Source of the DNA: an uncultured Pelagibacteraceae bacterium
GTDB lineage: Bacteria > Pseudomonadota > Alphaproteobacteria > Pelagibacterales > Pelagibacteraceae
Length of the DNA stretch: 32,000 nt
Reading direction: 5' to 3'
Assembly: GCA_902607625.1 (NCBI GenBank)
Contig: CACLKR010000008.1
Location: 12,426-44,425, forward strand
Shown: positions 23,816 through 32,000 of the stretch, one piece after another
Layout of the letters: each line of letters opens with the position of its first letter
How positions within the stretch are numbered: position 1 is the stretch's first letter
The notes under the pieces: model-generated
The model's input: the letters and a program-made list of their open reading frames with translations, nothing else
The model's database searches: none
Told to the model about the DNA's origin: nothing
Program-made: the position numbers and the translations under genes

Positions 23816-24688
23816 ATGCCCATAACTGAAAATTTAGATAATAATATAAAAGAGTTTTGGCCAAAAAATGGACCTCCAACTCAAGAAATTGAGCAATATG
23901 TAAAAAAATATTCAAAAGAAAAAATAGTTATTAAATGTGGAGGCCGAGTCCTTTTAGATCCAGATCTATTTAACAATTTTATTAGCAATGTCATAATATT
24001 AAAAAAACTAGGACTCTCACCTATTATAGTTCATGGTGGAGGACCAAGAATAAAGAAGAAATTAGATGAACTAAATATAGAAACCAAATTTATTATGGGA
24101 TTAAGAGTAACTGATGAAAAAGTTATAAGAATTGTTGAAGACGTCATGATAAAATTTAATAAAGAAATTGTTGATTCCTTAGAAAAAAAATCGTGTAAAG
24201 CAAAATCTATAACTATAAAAGAAAATAATGCAATTTATGTTGAGCAAAAAAATAAGGAATTGGGTTATGTCGGTAAAATAACAAGAGTTGATAACAAACT
24301 AATTAAAAATTTAATAAAAGAAAATTTCATACCAGTCGTCGCCCCGATGGGTTTAGATGAAAAAAACCAAACTTATAATATCAATGCTGATACTGCGGCA
24401 GGCGCTCTAGCAATAAGTTTGAAATCAAGAAGATTAATGCTGATGACAGATGTTGAGGGAGTTTATGATAAAAGCAAAAAATTAATTTCAGAAATTAAAC
24501 CAACCGAAGCAGAAAAATTAATATACACCGAAATTATTAGTAACGGCATGATACCCAAAATTAGAACGTGTATTAATGCCGTTAATAATGGGGTCAGAGG
24601 TGTTGTGGTTATTGATGGTAGAAAACCCCATTCTATTCTTTTTGAGCTATTTTCAGACAAAGGTTCTGGAACTCTTATAAGAAAATGA
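23816..24688 (+). CDS. argB: Acetylglutamate kinase
   Basis: ..IVIKCGG.., ..IIVHGGGP.. and ..NINADTAAGALA.. motifs. 290 aa. Confidence 0.92.
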   Translation: MPITENLDNNIKEFWPKNGPPTQEIEQYVKKYSKEKIVIKCGGRVLLDPDLFNNFISNVIILKKLGLSPIIVHGGGPRIKKKLDELNIETKFIMGLRVTDEKVIRIVEDVMIKFNKEIVDSLEKKSCKAKSITIKENNAIYVEQKNKELGYVGKITRVDNKLIKNLIKENFIPVVAPMGLDEKNQTYNINADTAAGALAISLKSRRLMLMTDVEGVYDKSKKLISEIKPTEAEKLIYTEIISNGMIPKIRTCINAVNNGVRGVVVIDGRKPHSILFELFSDKGSGTLIRK

Positions 24689-25356
24689 AAACATTTCAAT
24701 CGATTAAATATTGGATATTTGACTTAGATAACACCTTGTATTCTGGTAAAACTAAAGTTTTTGAACAAGTTGAAAAAAAAATGTCGAAATACGTATCTGA
24801 TAAACTTAACATAAATATAGATGAGGCTAAAGAAATTCAAAAAAATTATTTTCATGAATACAATACAACTTTAAATGGGATGATAAAAAATCACAAAATC
24901 GATGCAAATGAATTTTTAGAATTTGTCCACGACATAGATATAGATTTCCTTAAAAAGGACTTAGAACTTAGCGAAGAGTTGAAAAAACTGGATGGAAAAA
25001 AAATTATATTTACTAATGGACCTAGAAAACATGCAATAAACGTAACTAAAAGAATTGGAATTTATCAGCATTTCGATGACATTTTTGACATTATTGATTC
25101 TAACCTTGTGCCAAAACCTGCAATGGAGCCATATAAAAAATTAGTAGAAAAACATAAAATTGACCCAAACTTATGTGTATTTATTGAAGATATTGCAAGA
25201 AATCTAAAACCGGCATATGAAATGGGTATGAAAACTGTCTGGATTGAAAATGACGTACCTTGGGCAAAAAAATTTTCAGATGCTAATTTTATAAATTATA
25301 AAACAAATAACTTATCTGAATTTTTAAAAAAAATTAATTTACTGAAAGCTGCATAA
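24685..25356 (+). CDS. HAD-superfamily hydrolase (pyrimidine 5'-nucleotidase-like)
   Basis: [10 protein letters not shown] is HAD motif I and ..[10 protein letters not shown].. is motif II. 223 aa. Confidence 0.75.
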   Translation: MKTFQSIKYWIFDLDNTLYSGKTKVFEQVEKKMSKYVSDKLNINIDEAKEIQKNYFHEYNTTLNGMIKNHKIDANEFLEFVHDIDIDFLKKDLELSEELKKLDGKKIIFTNGPRKHAINVTKRIGIYQHFDDIFDIIDSNLVPKPAMEPYKKLVEKHKIDPNLCVFIEDIARNLKPAYEMGMKTVWIENDVPWAKKFSDANFINYKTNNLSEFLKKINLLKAA

Positions 25357-26183
25357 TGAATACTAAATCTTTTGAAAATATAATTAATGAGGCTTGGAAT
25401 AATAAAGGCCAGGTTAATTCTAAATCTAGTAGAAAATTACTAAACGCTATTAGTAAAACTATAGACCTATTAGATTCAGGCGAAATACGAGTTGCTGAAA
25501 AGAAAAACAATGAATGGATCGTTAATCAATGGATTAAAAAAGCAATTTTGTTGAGCTTTAGAATTAACAAAATGAAAACTTCCAAGGGTCCATATGGAAC
25601 TTGGTTTGATAAAATAGAAGGTAAAACTAAAAAATGGAATGAAAAAAAATTCGCCCAAGCAGGATTTAGATCAGTGCCTAACGGCGTTGTAAGAAAAGGT
25701 GCATTCATTGCAAAAAATGTTGTTCTAATGCCCTCCTTTGTAAATATTGGAGCTTATGTTGATGAAGGAAGCATGATTGATACTTGGGCATCTGTCGGAT
25801 CTTGTGCACAAGTTGGAAAAAACTGCCACATATCGGGTGGAGCTGGGATTGGAGGAGTGTTGGAACCTATGCAAGCAAATCCAACTATAGTTGAAGATAA
25901 TTGCTTTATTGGAGCGCGAGCGGAAATAGCTGAAGGTGTCATCGTTGAAAAAGGTTCAGTTTTATCTATGGGAGTTTACATTGGCGCATCAACAAGAATT
26001 ATTGATCGAGCTACCGGCGAAATAATTTATGGAAAAGTTCCTGCTTATTCAGTTATAGTTCCTGGATCTATGCCTAGTAAAAATAACCCTGAAGGTCCAT
26101 CCTTATATTGCGTGATTATCGTAAAAAAAGTGGACGAAAAAACTAGAAGCAAAACATCAATCAACGATTTGCTGAGAGATTAA
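25356..26183 (+). CDS. dapD: 2,3,4,5-tetrahydropyridine-2,6-dicarboxylate N-succinyltransferase
   Basis: 275 aa with left-handed beta-helix hexapeptide repeats (..[41 protein letters not shown]..). It is upstream of dapE. Confidence 0.9.
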   Translation: MNTKSFENIINEAWNNKGQVNSKSSRKLLNAISKTIDLLDSGEIRVAEKKNNEWIVNQWIKKAILLSFRINKMKTSKGPYGTWFDKIEGKTKKWNEKKFAQAGFRSVPNGVVRKGAFIAKNVVLMPSFVNIGAYVDEGSMIDTWASVGSCAQVGKNCHISGGAGIGGVLEPMQANPTIVEDNCFIGARAEIAEGVIVEKGSVLSMGVYIGASTRIIDRATGEIIYGKVPAYSVIVPGSMPSKNNPEGPSLYCVIIVKKVDEKTRSKTSINDLLRD

Positions 26184-26190
26184 TAAACTA

Positions 26191-27330
26191 ATGCCTATTA
26201 ATGAATTAAAGTTAGCAAGGGAATTGATTCGTCGTCCAAGTGTCACACCAAAAGATGCTGGTGCAATAAATGTTCTAGCAAAATACTTAAGATCACTTGG
26301 TTTTAAATGCCAAATGATGAATTTTAAAAATATTAAAAACTTATATGCAAAACTTGGAAAATCTTCTCCCAATTTTTGTTTCGCTGGGCACACCGATGTT
26401 GTGCCTGTGGGAAACTTTAAATCTTGGTCAGTAAACCCTTTCTTAGGCGTAATAAAAAACAATAAATTAATAGGGCGTGGTGCAAGTGATATGAAGGGAT
26501 CAATTGCTTGTTTTGTAGCCGCTTTGAGTCAGTTCAAAAAAATGAAGCCAAAATTTAAAGGATCAATTAGCCTGTTAATTACTGGTGACGAAGAAGCTAT
26601 TGCAATCAATGGAACAAAAAAGGTCGTTGAAAAATTAAAAAAAAGAAAAGAAAAAATAAATTTTTGTTTAGTAGGCGAACCAACAAATTTAACAAAACTT
26701 GGTCAGTTGATGAAAATTGGTAGAAGAGGAAGTATGACTGGATATCTAACAGTTTATGGAACCCAAGGCCATGTCGCCTATCCGCATCAAGCAAATAACC
26801 CTGCCCCCGTTATAACAAAAATACTCAATCAAATTAATAATATTAAACTTGATAGAGGAACAAAAAACTTTCAACCTTCAAATCTTGAGGTAGTTAAGAT
26901 TAATATCGAAAATACAGCTGATAATGTAATTCCTGCGGAGGCTACAGCTACTTTTAATATCAGATTCAATAATAAGCATTCATCAGATTCTTTAAAAAGA
27001 AAACTGAATAAAGTTTTTAGTAATATATGTAAGAGAAGCAGGTGTTCCTTTAAAATTTCTTATATGGAATCGGGAGAGGCATTTTTAACTACACCCAATA
27101 AAACCACTTATATGATCCAAAAAATCATTAAAAAAATAACTAAAGTGAAACCAAAGTTATCAACTGCTGGCGGAACATCTGATGCAAGATTTATCAGAAA
27201 GATATCTCCATGTGTAGAATTTGGATTAGTTGGAAAAACCGCACATAAGATCGATGAAATGGTTTCGGTTGCTGATATGAGAAAACTTAAAAAAATATAC
27301 TTAAATATTTTGTTACACTACTTTAAGTGA
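26191..27330 (+). CDS. dapE: Succinyl-diaminopimelate desuccinylase (M20 peptidase)
   Basis: ..FAGHTDVVP.., ..GRGASDMKG.. and ..GDEE.. metal ligand motifs. 379 aa. Confidence 0.9.
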   Translation: MPINELKLARELIRRPSVTPKDAGAINVLAKYLRSLGFKCQMMNFKNIKNLYAKLGKSSPNFCFAGHTDVVPVGNFKSWSVNPFLGVIKNNKLIGRGASDMKGSIACFVAALSQFKKMKPKFKGSISLLITGDEEAIAINGTKKVVEKLKKRKEKINFCLVGEPTNLTKLGQLMKIGRRGSMTGYLTVYGTQGHVAYPHQANNPAPVITKILNQINNIKLDRGTKNFQPSNLEVVKINIENTADNVIPAEATATFNIRFNNKHSSDSLKRKLNKVFSNICKRSRCSFKISYMESGEAFLTTPNKTTYMIQKIIKKITKVKPKLSTAGGTSDARFIRKISPCVEFGLVGKTAHKIDEMVSVADMRKLKKIYLNILLHYFK

Positions 27331-28250
27331 AAACCTGTATTTTAACTACCGATACCTATTTAAACCATCATACTGGCGAAGGACATCCTGAAAGAGCTGA
27401 CCGCGTAACCGTTGTTATTGATCATTTAAAAAAAGTAAAATCCAAAAATTTAATTTGGAAAAAGCCAGCAAAGTTTGATCTAAAATATTTGGAATTTGCT
27501 CATGATAAAAATTACTTGAATAATGTAAAAGACTCTTTTCCTAAACAGGGTTTAAATTTCTTAGATAGTGATACCATTGTCTCGCCCGGCAGCAAAGAAG
27601 CAACTCGAGATGCCGTTGGCTCAATTTTGACCGCTATTGATGGAGTAATGAATAGTGATTTCAATAATGCTTTTTGTGCGGTTAGACCTCCAGGTCATCA
27701 CGCTGAGAAGCAAAAAGCTATGGGATTCTGTGTTTATAATAATATCGCAGTTGGAGCTTATTATTTACTAGAAAAGTATAAATTAAAGAAAGTCGCAATT
27801 ATTGATTTTGACGTTCATCATGGCAATGGAACGCAAGATATTTTTTACGATAATGAAAAAGTTTTGTATATTTCTTCACACCAATATCCCTATTATCCTG
27901 GATCAGGAGCTGCAAATGAAAAAGGTAATAAAGATAATGTGTTGAATGTACCCTTGGATGCAGGTACACAATCTCATGAATTCTTAAATGCTTATGAAAG
28001 TATTTTTAATAAACTTAAAGCATTTAAGCCTGAATTTATTTTATTATCAGCGGGATTTGATGCCCATAAAGATGATCCTCTTGCTCAGATAAATCTAGAA
28101 TCTAAAGATTACTATACTTTGACAAAAAGAATATTGTCTCTAGCCAAAAAACTTTGTGATGGAAAAGTAGTATCTATTTTAGAAGGTGGATATGATTTAA
28201 ACGCCCTAAAAGAAAGCATCGATTACCACGTAAAATCTCTATTAGAATAA
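27327..28250 (+). CDS. Histone deacetylase-family amidohydrolase (AcuC/acetylpolyamine-type)
   Basis: ..RPPGHHA.., ..DFDVHHGNGTQ.. and ..GFDAH..DPL.. motifs. The GTG start overlaps the dapE stop (GTGA). Confidence 0.85.
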   Translation: MKTCILTTDTYLNHHTGEGHPERADRVTVVIDHLKKVKSKNLIWKKPAKFDLKYLEFAHDKNYLNNVKDSFPKQGLNFLDSDTIVSPGSKEATRDAVGSILTAIDGVMNSDFNNAFCAVRPPGHHAEKQKAMGFCVYNNIAVGAYYLLEKYKLKKVAIIDFDVHHGNGTQDIFYDNEKVLYISSHQYPYYPGSGAANEKGNKDNVLNVPLDAGTQSHEFLNAYESIFNKLKAFKPEFILLSAGFDAHKDDPLAQINLESKDYYTLTKRILSLAKKLCDGKVVSILEGGYDLNALKESIDYHVKSLLE

Positions 28251-28988
28251 TTAATATTTTATCTTTGCTAGATAAAGACCGCAAGCAGGTGCCGGCGGAG
28301 CACATTTAAGACGACTCTTTGATTTAAATGATTTCTTAAAATCTTCAAGTTTCCATTTGCCATCACCTAAATATTTAATACAGCCGACCATTGATCTAAC
28401 TTGTTGTTGTAAAAAGGATCTAGAAATAAATTTTAAAGTTATTTTTTCTTGATTTTTTTTTATTGAGATCTTTTCCATAGTCTTAATTGGTGATTTTGCT
28501 CCACAAGACGACGATCTAAAGGTTGAAAAATCATGAGTCCCTAATAACAATTTTGCTCCTTTTTTCATGACTTTAATGTCTAGTTTTTTACGAATATGCC
28601 ATGCTTTATTTTTTTGGAGTGTTAAGGGTGATTGTCTATTAATGATTGTATATTGATAAGTTCTTTTTTTGGCATCAAATCTTGCATGAAATTTTTTACT
28701 AGTTTTATTTATTTTTAAAACAGTGACTGGTTTATTGCCAATATGTTGGTTAATACCTGGTAAAAAGTTTTTTTTTTTAATTTTTTTTTTTAAATCAAAA
28801 TGAGCGACTTGTGCTAACGCATGAACTCCTGAATCTGTTCTACCGGCACCTGTTACAACTACTTTTTCCTTGGCAAAATTAAATATTGCTTTTTGTAATA
28901 CTTCTTGAACGGATGGACCGTTTTTTTGAAATTGCCAACCTACAAATAGCGTTCCATCATATTCTATTTTTATTTTATATCTTTGCAT
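28251..28988 (-). CDS. truA: tRNA pseudouridine(38-40) synthase
   Basis: ..GAGRTDSGVHA.. catalytic Asp motif. 245 aa. Confidence 0.92.
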   Translation of the reverse strand: MQRYKIKIEYDGTLFVGWQFQKNGPSVQEVLQKAIFNFAKEKVVVTGAGRTDSGVHALAQVAHFDLKKKIKKKNFLPGINQHIGNKPVTVLKINKTSKKFHARFDAKKRTYQYTIINRQSPLTLQKNKAWHIRKKLDIKVMKKGAKLLLGTHDFSTFRSSSCGAKSPIKTMEKISIKKNQEKITLKFISRSFLQQQVRSMVGCIKYLGDGKWKLEDFKKSFKSKSRLKCAPPAPACGLYLAKIKY

Positions 28989-29908
28989 TATGTTAAAATT
29001 GAACCTTTGCTAATTTTTTTCCCCAACAAAAAATCTTGTGTAAGTTGTTTATTTTTTCCTTCACGTTGTATTTCCAGAATTTGAATAGAATTGGATTTGC
29101 ACGCTACAGTTAAATTTTCTTCAATAACTGTACCCGATCTGCCGTTAGCTAATAATTTTTTAGCTTTCCAAACCTTCATTCTCTCTTTCTCAAATTCAAA
29201 CCACGCCCCAGGATTGGGATTTAAACCATGAATTTGAGCAATAACTTGATCTGCGTTTAGGTTCCAGTTTATTTTAGTTTCTTTTTTGTTTATTTTTTTT
29301 GCGTAAGTTGCCTCAGAGTGTATTTGTTCCACAAATTTTGCATTACCACTTTCTATCTTTTTCAAGCTTTCAATTAATAAATTGGCTCCAATTTCTGATA
29401 GTTTTTTTTCTGTTTCTCCATAAGTCTTACTAGTATCTAATTCTAGTTCGCGCGAAGCTATTACAGGCCCGCAATCTAATTTTTCTTCTATCCTCATTAT
29501 GCTTACTCCTGTTTTTTTATCTCCATTCATAATAGCTCGCTGAATGGGTGCTGCCCCTCTCCATTTTGGCAACAATGATGCGTGAATATTTATAAATCCA
29601 TGTTTCGTTATTTTTAGAATATTTTTTGGAATTAATTTGCCGTAAGCAACAACTACAGCTATATCAGCAGATAAATTTTTAATAAAATTATACTCTTCAT
29701 TATTATTTAAATCTTCGGGATTTCTAACAGGTAAATTATTTTTTTCGCAAAACTTTTGTACAGGAGAAACATTTATTTTTTGTCCCCTTTTTGATTTTTT
29801 AGGTGACTGTGTGTAAATGCCTAAAATTTCAAATTTATTATTAATTAAGGCTTCAAGGGTCGGTATTGAGAACTCGGGAGTTCCCATAAATACTATTTTG
29901 AGTGACAT
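28988..29908 (-). CDS. fmt: Methionyl-tRNA formyltransferase
   Basis: ..INIHASLLPKWRGAAPIQ.. motif. 306 aa. It is downstream of def. Confidence 0.93.
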   Translation of the reverse strand: MSLKIVFMGTPEFSIPTLEALINNKFEILGIYTQSPKKSKRGQKINVSPVQKFCEKNNLPVRNPEDLNNNEEYNFIKNLSADIAVVVAYGKLIPKNILKITKHGFINIHASLLPKWRGAAPIQRAIMNGDKKTGVSIMRIEEKLDCGPVIASRELELDTSKTYGETEKKLSEIGANLLIESLKKIESGNAKFVEQIHSEATYAKKINKKETKINWNLNADQVIAQIHGLNPNPGAWFEFEKERMKVWKAKKLLANGRSGTVIEENLTVACKSNSIQILEIQREGKNKQLTQDFLLGKKISKGSILT

Positions 29909-29924
29909 GAATTTATTTTTGAAT

Positions 29925-30482
29925 TTAAATTACAATTCTATCAAGTTGTTCTTTTTGCTTTGTAAGTTTTTTAACAATCATTGATTTTTTTAATTTTGAT
30001 AAATAATCAATAAACAAAATTCCTTCTAAATGATCCATCTCGTGTTGGATACATGTTGCAAGCATACCTTCAGCCACAAGTTCTTTAGGTTGCCCATAAT
30101 AATCTAAATATTTTATATGACACTTATCTGGTCTCTCAATTTCAGCAAATTGACCAGGTACTGACAAACAACCTTCTTCGTATGTTGAATTATTTGTAGA
30201 TTTTGTAATTATTTCTGGATTCACAAAGTACATTGGATTTTTTCTTGTCACTTGTTTCTCATCATTTGTACTTTCCGATTTATCTCGCAACCCAATATCA
30301 AGAATTATAACCCTTTTGGGTACGCCGACTTGTATAGCGGCCAATCCAATTCCTGGCGCCGCATACATTGTCTCCAACATATCATCCATCAGTTTTTGCA
30401 AATCTTCATCCACTTGATTCACTTTTAAAGATTTTTCCCTCAAAATTTTGTCTGGTTCAGTTAAAATTTGCTTCAATGCCAT
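29925..30482 (-). CDS. def: Peptide deformylase
   Basis: GIGLAAIQVG, EGCLSVPG and QHEMDHLEG motifs. It carries an insertion (..RDKSESTNDEKQVTRKN..) relative to minimal deformylases. Confidence 0.93.
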   Translation of the reverse strand: MALKQILTEPDKILREKSLKVNQVDEDLQKLMDDMLETMYAAPGIGLAAIQVGVPKRVIILDIGLRDKSESTNDEKQVTRKNPMYFVNPEIITKSTNNSTYEEGCLSVPGQFAEIERPDKCHIKYLDYYGQPKELVAEGMLATCIQHEMDHLEGILFIDYLSKLKKSMIVKKLTKQKEQLDRIVI

Positions 30483-30545
30483 TTAAATATGAATAAATTA
30501 TAAGACTATTATAGTCAAGTAATTGAAATTTTTTTATAAAAGTAG

Positions 30546-31991
30546 CTAGGTCCTAATGGGCAAAGCTTCGCTCAAAATATTATTTCTTATTTTCTTTAAA
30601 TTAAGTTCATTCAATATTTTATTTAAAAAATATATTGTTTCTGGATCTAAATCGCTAATATTGTCCTCTCCAATTATTTCCACAATTTTTAGCATAACTA
30701 AACCAATTTGATTTTGGTTTGCCAAATCATACAAGTTTTTTGGAACTGTTAATTGGGAAGATAGCGCAGAATAATCTAAATCTTCAGGCAAAGAGATCCC
30801 ATCAGCTTCTAGGGACTCCAAAACAACAATATCTTTTATGGAAATAAAATATTTCTTGTTTTTTTTTATTTTTTTATAAACTGATTTGAAATCCTTTTCA
30901 GTTTTACTTATTTTTTCATTATTTTCTAAGAAATGTTTTATAACTTTAGATCTATGCAATATCTCATTATCAAATTTTATATCGTTTGTTAAATTTTTGT
31001 TTAAATTTTGATTCACTAACTCAACATAATCTTCTGGAATTTCTTCGGGATCAATAGACTTTAAAATACTTGATAATTCTTCGGCATATACTTTGAAAAT
31101 TTTGTCTTTGATAAATAAATCTTTGAGTAAAAATGCTAAATTTAGTTTCCTTTTAATATCATTACTTAACATCATGCTTTGATAAATTAGAGCCCTAGCT
31201 TTATAATTTGGTAAATTTTTATAAATTTCTTGTGCGTTAATTAATTGTTGAAAATTAAAATTCATTTTAAGATAAATTTTGAATATTTCATCGCTTTCAA
31301 AAGAATTTTGTGCTGCAGCTTGCTCGTACGTTAATATTACATCTTCATTTTCAAAATTATTAATTTGTATCAAATTAGCAGAAGAAAGATATTTCCATAT
31401 ATATTGGTCCGTTTTATCATTGGGTTCATATTTAAAATTATTACTAGTAACATGTGATAAATAAAAATTTAAAAGATTATTATCTAAAATTTTTTGAGTT
31501 GTGTCATTTTTAATTCCTAATAAAAAATTAATTTTATCTTCAAAAAATTGATCTTTAAAACCTCTCTCTATTAAAAGATCAAAGATTAATTGTGCTTCTT
31601 CTTTTTGGTCATTATTTATTAAACAATAAATTGTAAATTTTTCTAAGTAATCATTTTGAACTTTTGAATCTATAAAATTCGTTTTATCACAGGCAGACTT
31701 AATGTCTGCAGAAGAAAGATATTCATTAATTAAGAATTTTATAGCTTTTGAATTTTGCCCCACTACTATATTTTTGCTTAAAAAAGTTTCTAAATTTTTA
31801 ATTCTTTTTTTTTTTATTAACCAGTCAATTTTTATCCTTAAAAATTCCTCAGAATCTAAATTTTTTTTTGGAGAATATGCGTTTGTAAATAATACTTGAA
31901 AAAGTAAATCTTCAGAAAGTCTTGCAAGTTTTAATTTATCTATTCTTTTTAAAACTTTTTTTATATCTTCTCCATCAGTACCTGACCACAT
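30546..31991 (-). CDS. Hypothetical protein; may extend beyond the window edge
   Basis: Long open frame of 481 aa. The three in-frame codons between 31992 and 32000 contain no stop, so the true start may be upstream. No family motif is recognised. Confidence 0.6.
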   Translation of the reverse strand: MWSGTDGEDIKKVLKRIDKLKLARLSEDLLFQVLFTNAYSPKKNLDSEEFLRIKIDWLIKKKRIKNLETFLSKNIVVGQNSKAIKFLINEYLSSADIKSACDKTNFIDSKVQNDYLEKFTIYCLINNDQKEEAQLIFDLLIERGFKDQFFEDKINFLLGIKNDTTQKILDNNLLNFYLSHVTSNNFKYEPNDKTDQYIWKYLSSANLIQINNFENEDVILTYEQAAAQNSFESDEIFKIYLKMNFNFQQLINAQEIYKNLPNYKARALIYQSMMLSNDIKRKLNLAFLLKDLFIKDKIFKVYAEELSSILKSIDPEEIPEDYVELVNQNLNKNLTNDIKFDNEILHRSKVIKHFLENNEKISKTEKDFKSVYKKIKKNKKYFISIKDIVVLESLEADGISLPEDLDYSALSSQLTVPKNLYDLANQNQIGLVMLKIVEIIGEDNISDLDPETIYFLNKILNELNLKKIRNNILSEALPIRT

Positions 31992-32000
31992 ATTTAAATT

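Noticed and set aside
122-31899. About 28 short ORFs in the track lie antisense to, or out of frame within, strongly supported genes. They are 122-343, 1599-1814, 4044-4238, 5071-5262, 6541-6771, 8219-8599, 8624-8887, 10222-10446, 10549-10758, 11894-12085, 13030-13353, 17941-18141, 18160-18459, 20769-21161, 22050-22340, 22141-22380, 22413-22610, 22897-23085, 23475-23750, 24463-24699, 25476-25658, 25526-25708, 25754-25942, 26157-26462, 26606-26794, 31279-31464 and 31702-31899.
   Set aside because: They are shadow ORFs, expected by chance in AT-rich DNA opposite long genes. Their translations are low-complexity (Phe/Ile/Leu/Lys-rich) with no motifs. Each is fully covered by a gene with clear family signatures.
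1-32000. I considered site avoidance of GAGTC/GACTC as evidence for the specificity of the R-M system.
   Set aside because: Several GAGTC/GACTC sites are visible by eye. I cannot compute observed/expected ratios reliably without tools, so no claim is made.

Overview
This is a very AT-rich, extremely gene-dense bacterial chromosome segment with almost no non-coding DNA and many 1-23 nt gene overlaps. The gene content and order are: groEL 3' end, tRNA-His/hisS/hisZ/hisG, two cspA-type paralogues, tRNA-Phe/infA, murA, dcd, rpmH-rnpA-yidD-yidC, argB, dapD-dapE and def-fmt-truA. This fits a streamlined marine alphaproteobacterium of the SAR11/Pelagibacterales type, which is an inference from composition and synteny, not a database search. 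Two accessory insertions interrupt the housekeeping backbone. (1) A ~2.6 kb Type II restriction-modification pair (506-2988) lies between groEL and hisG, bracketed by direct repeats of AGTGATGAAGG..ATTT(T)CAG. (2) A ~12 kb island (about 9.5-21.3 kb) lies between dcd and rpmH. It carries a phosphonate-biosynthesis core: a cytidylyltransferase-PEP mutase fusion with the EDKxxxxxNS signature, phosphonopyruvate decarboxylase and an Fe-alcohol dehydrogenase. It also carries an APS-kinase/sulfotransferase pair and a second operon of tailoring enzymes: a PhyH-type dioxygenase, a DegT aminotransferase, an FAD oxidoreductase, an FkbM methyltransferase, an unassigned HxD..H protein and a TVP38/DedA-like membrane protein. 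The island further contains a three-copy ~30-45 bp repeat family and a pair of GTTCAA-N3-TTGAAC palindromes in its divergent promoter region. The phosphonate/sulfation island is my best candidate for an uncharacterised system. Its product and its novelty cannot be established from sequence alone. No CRISPR array, rRNA gene, transposase or integrase was seen.
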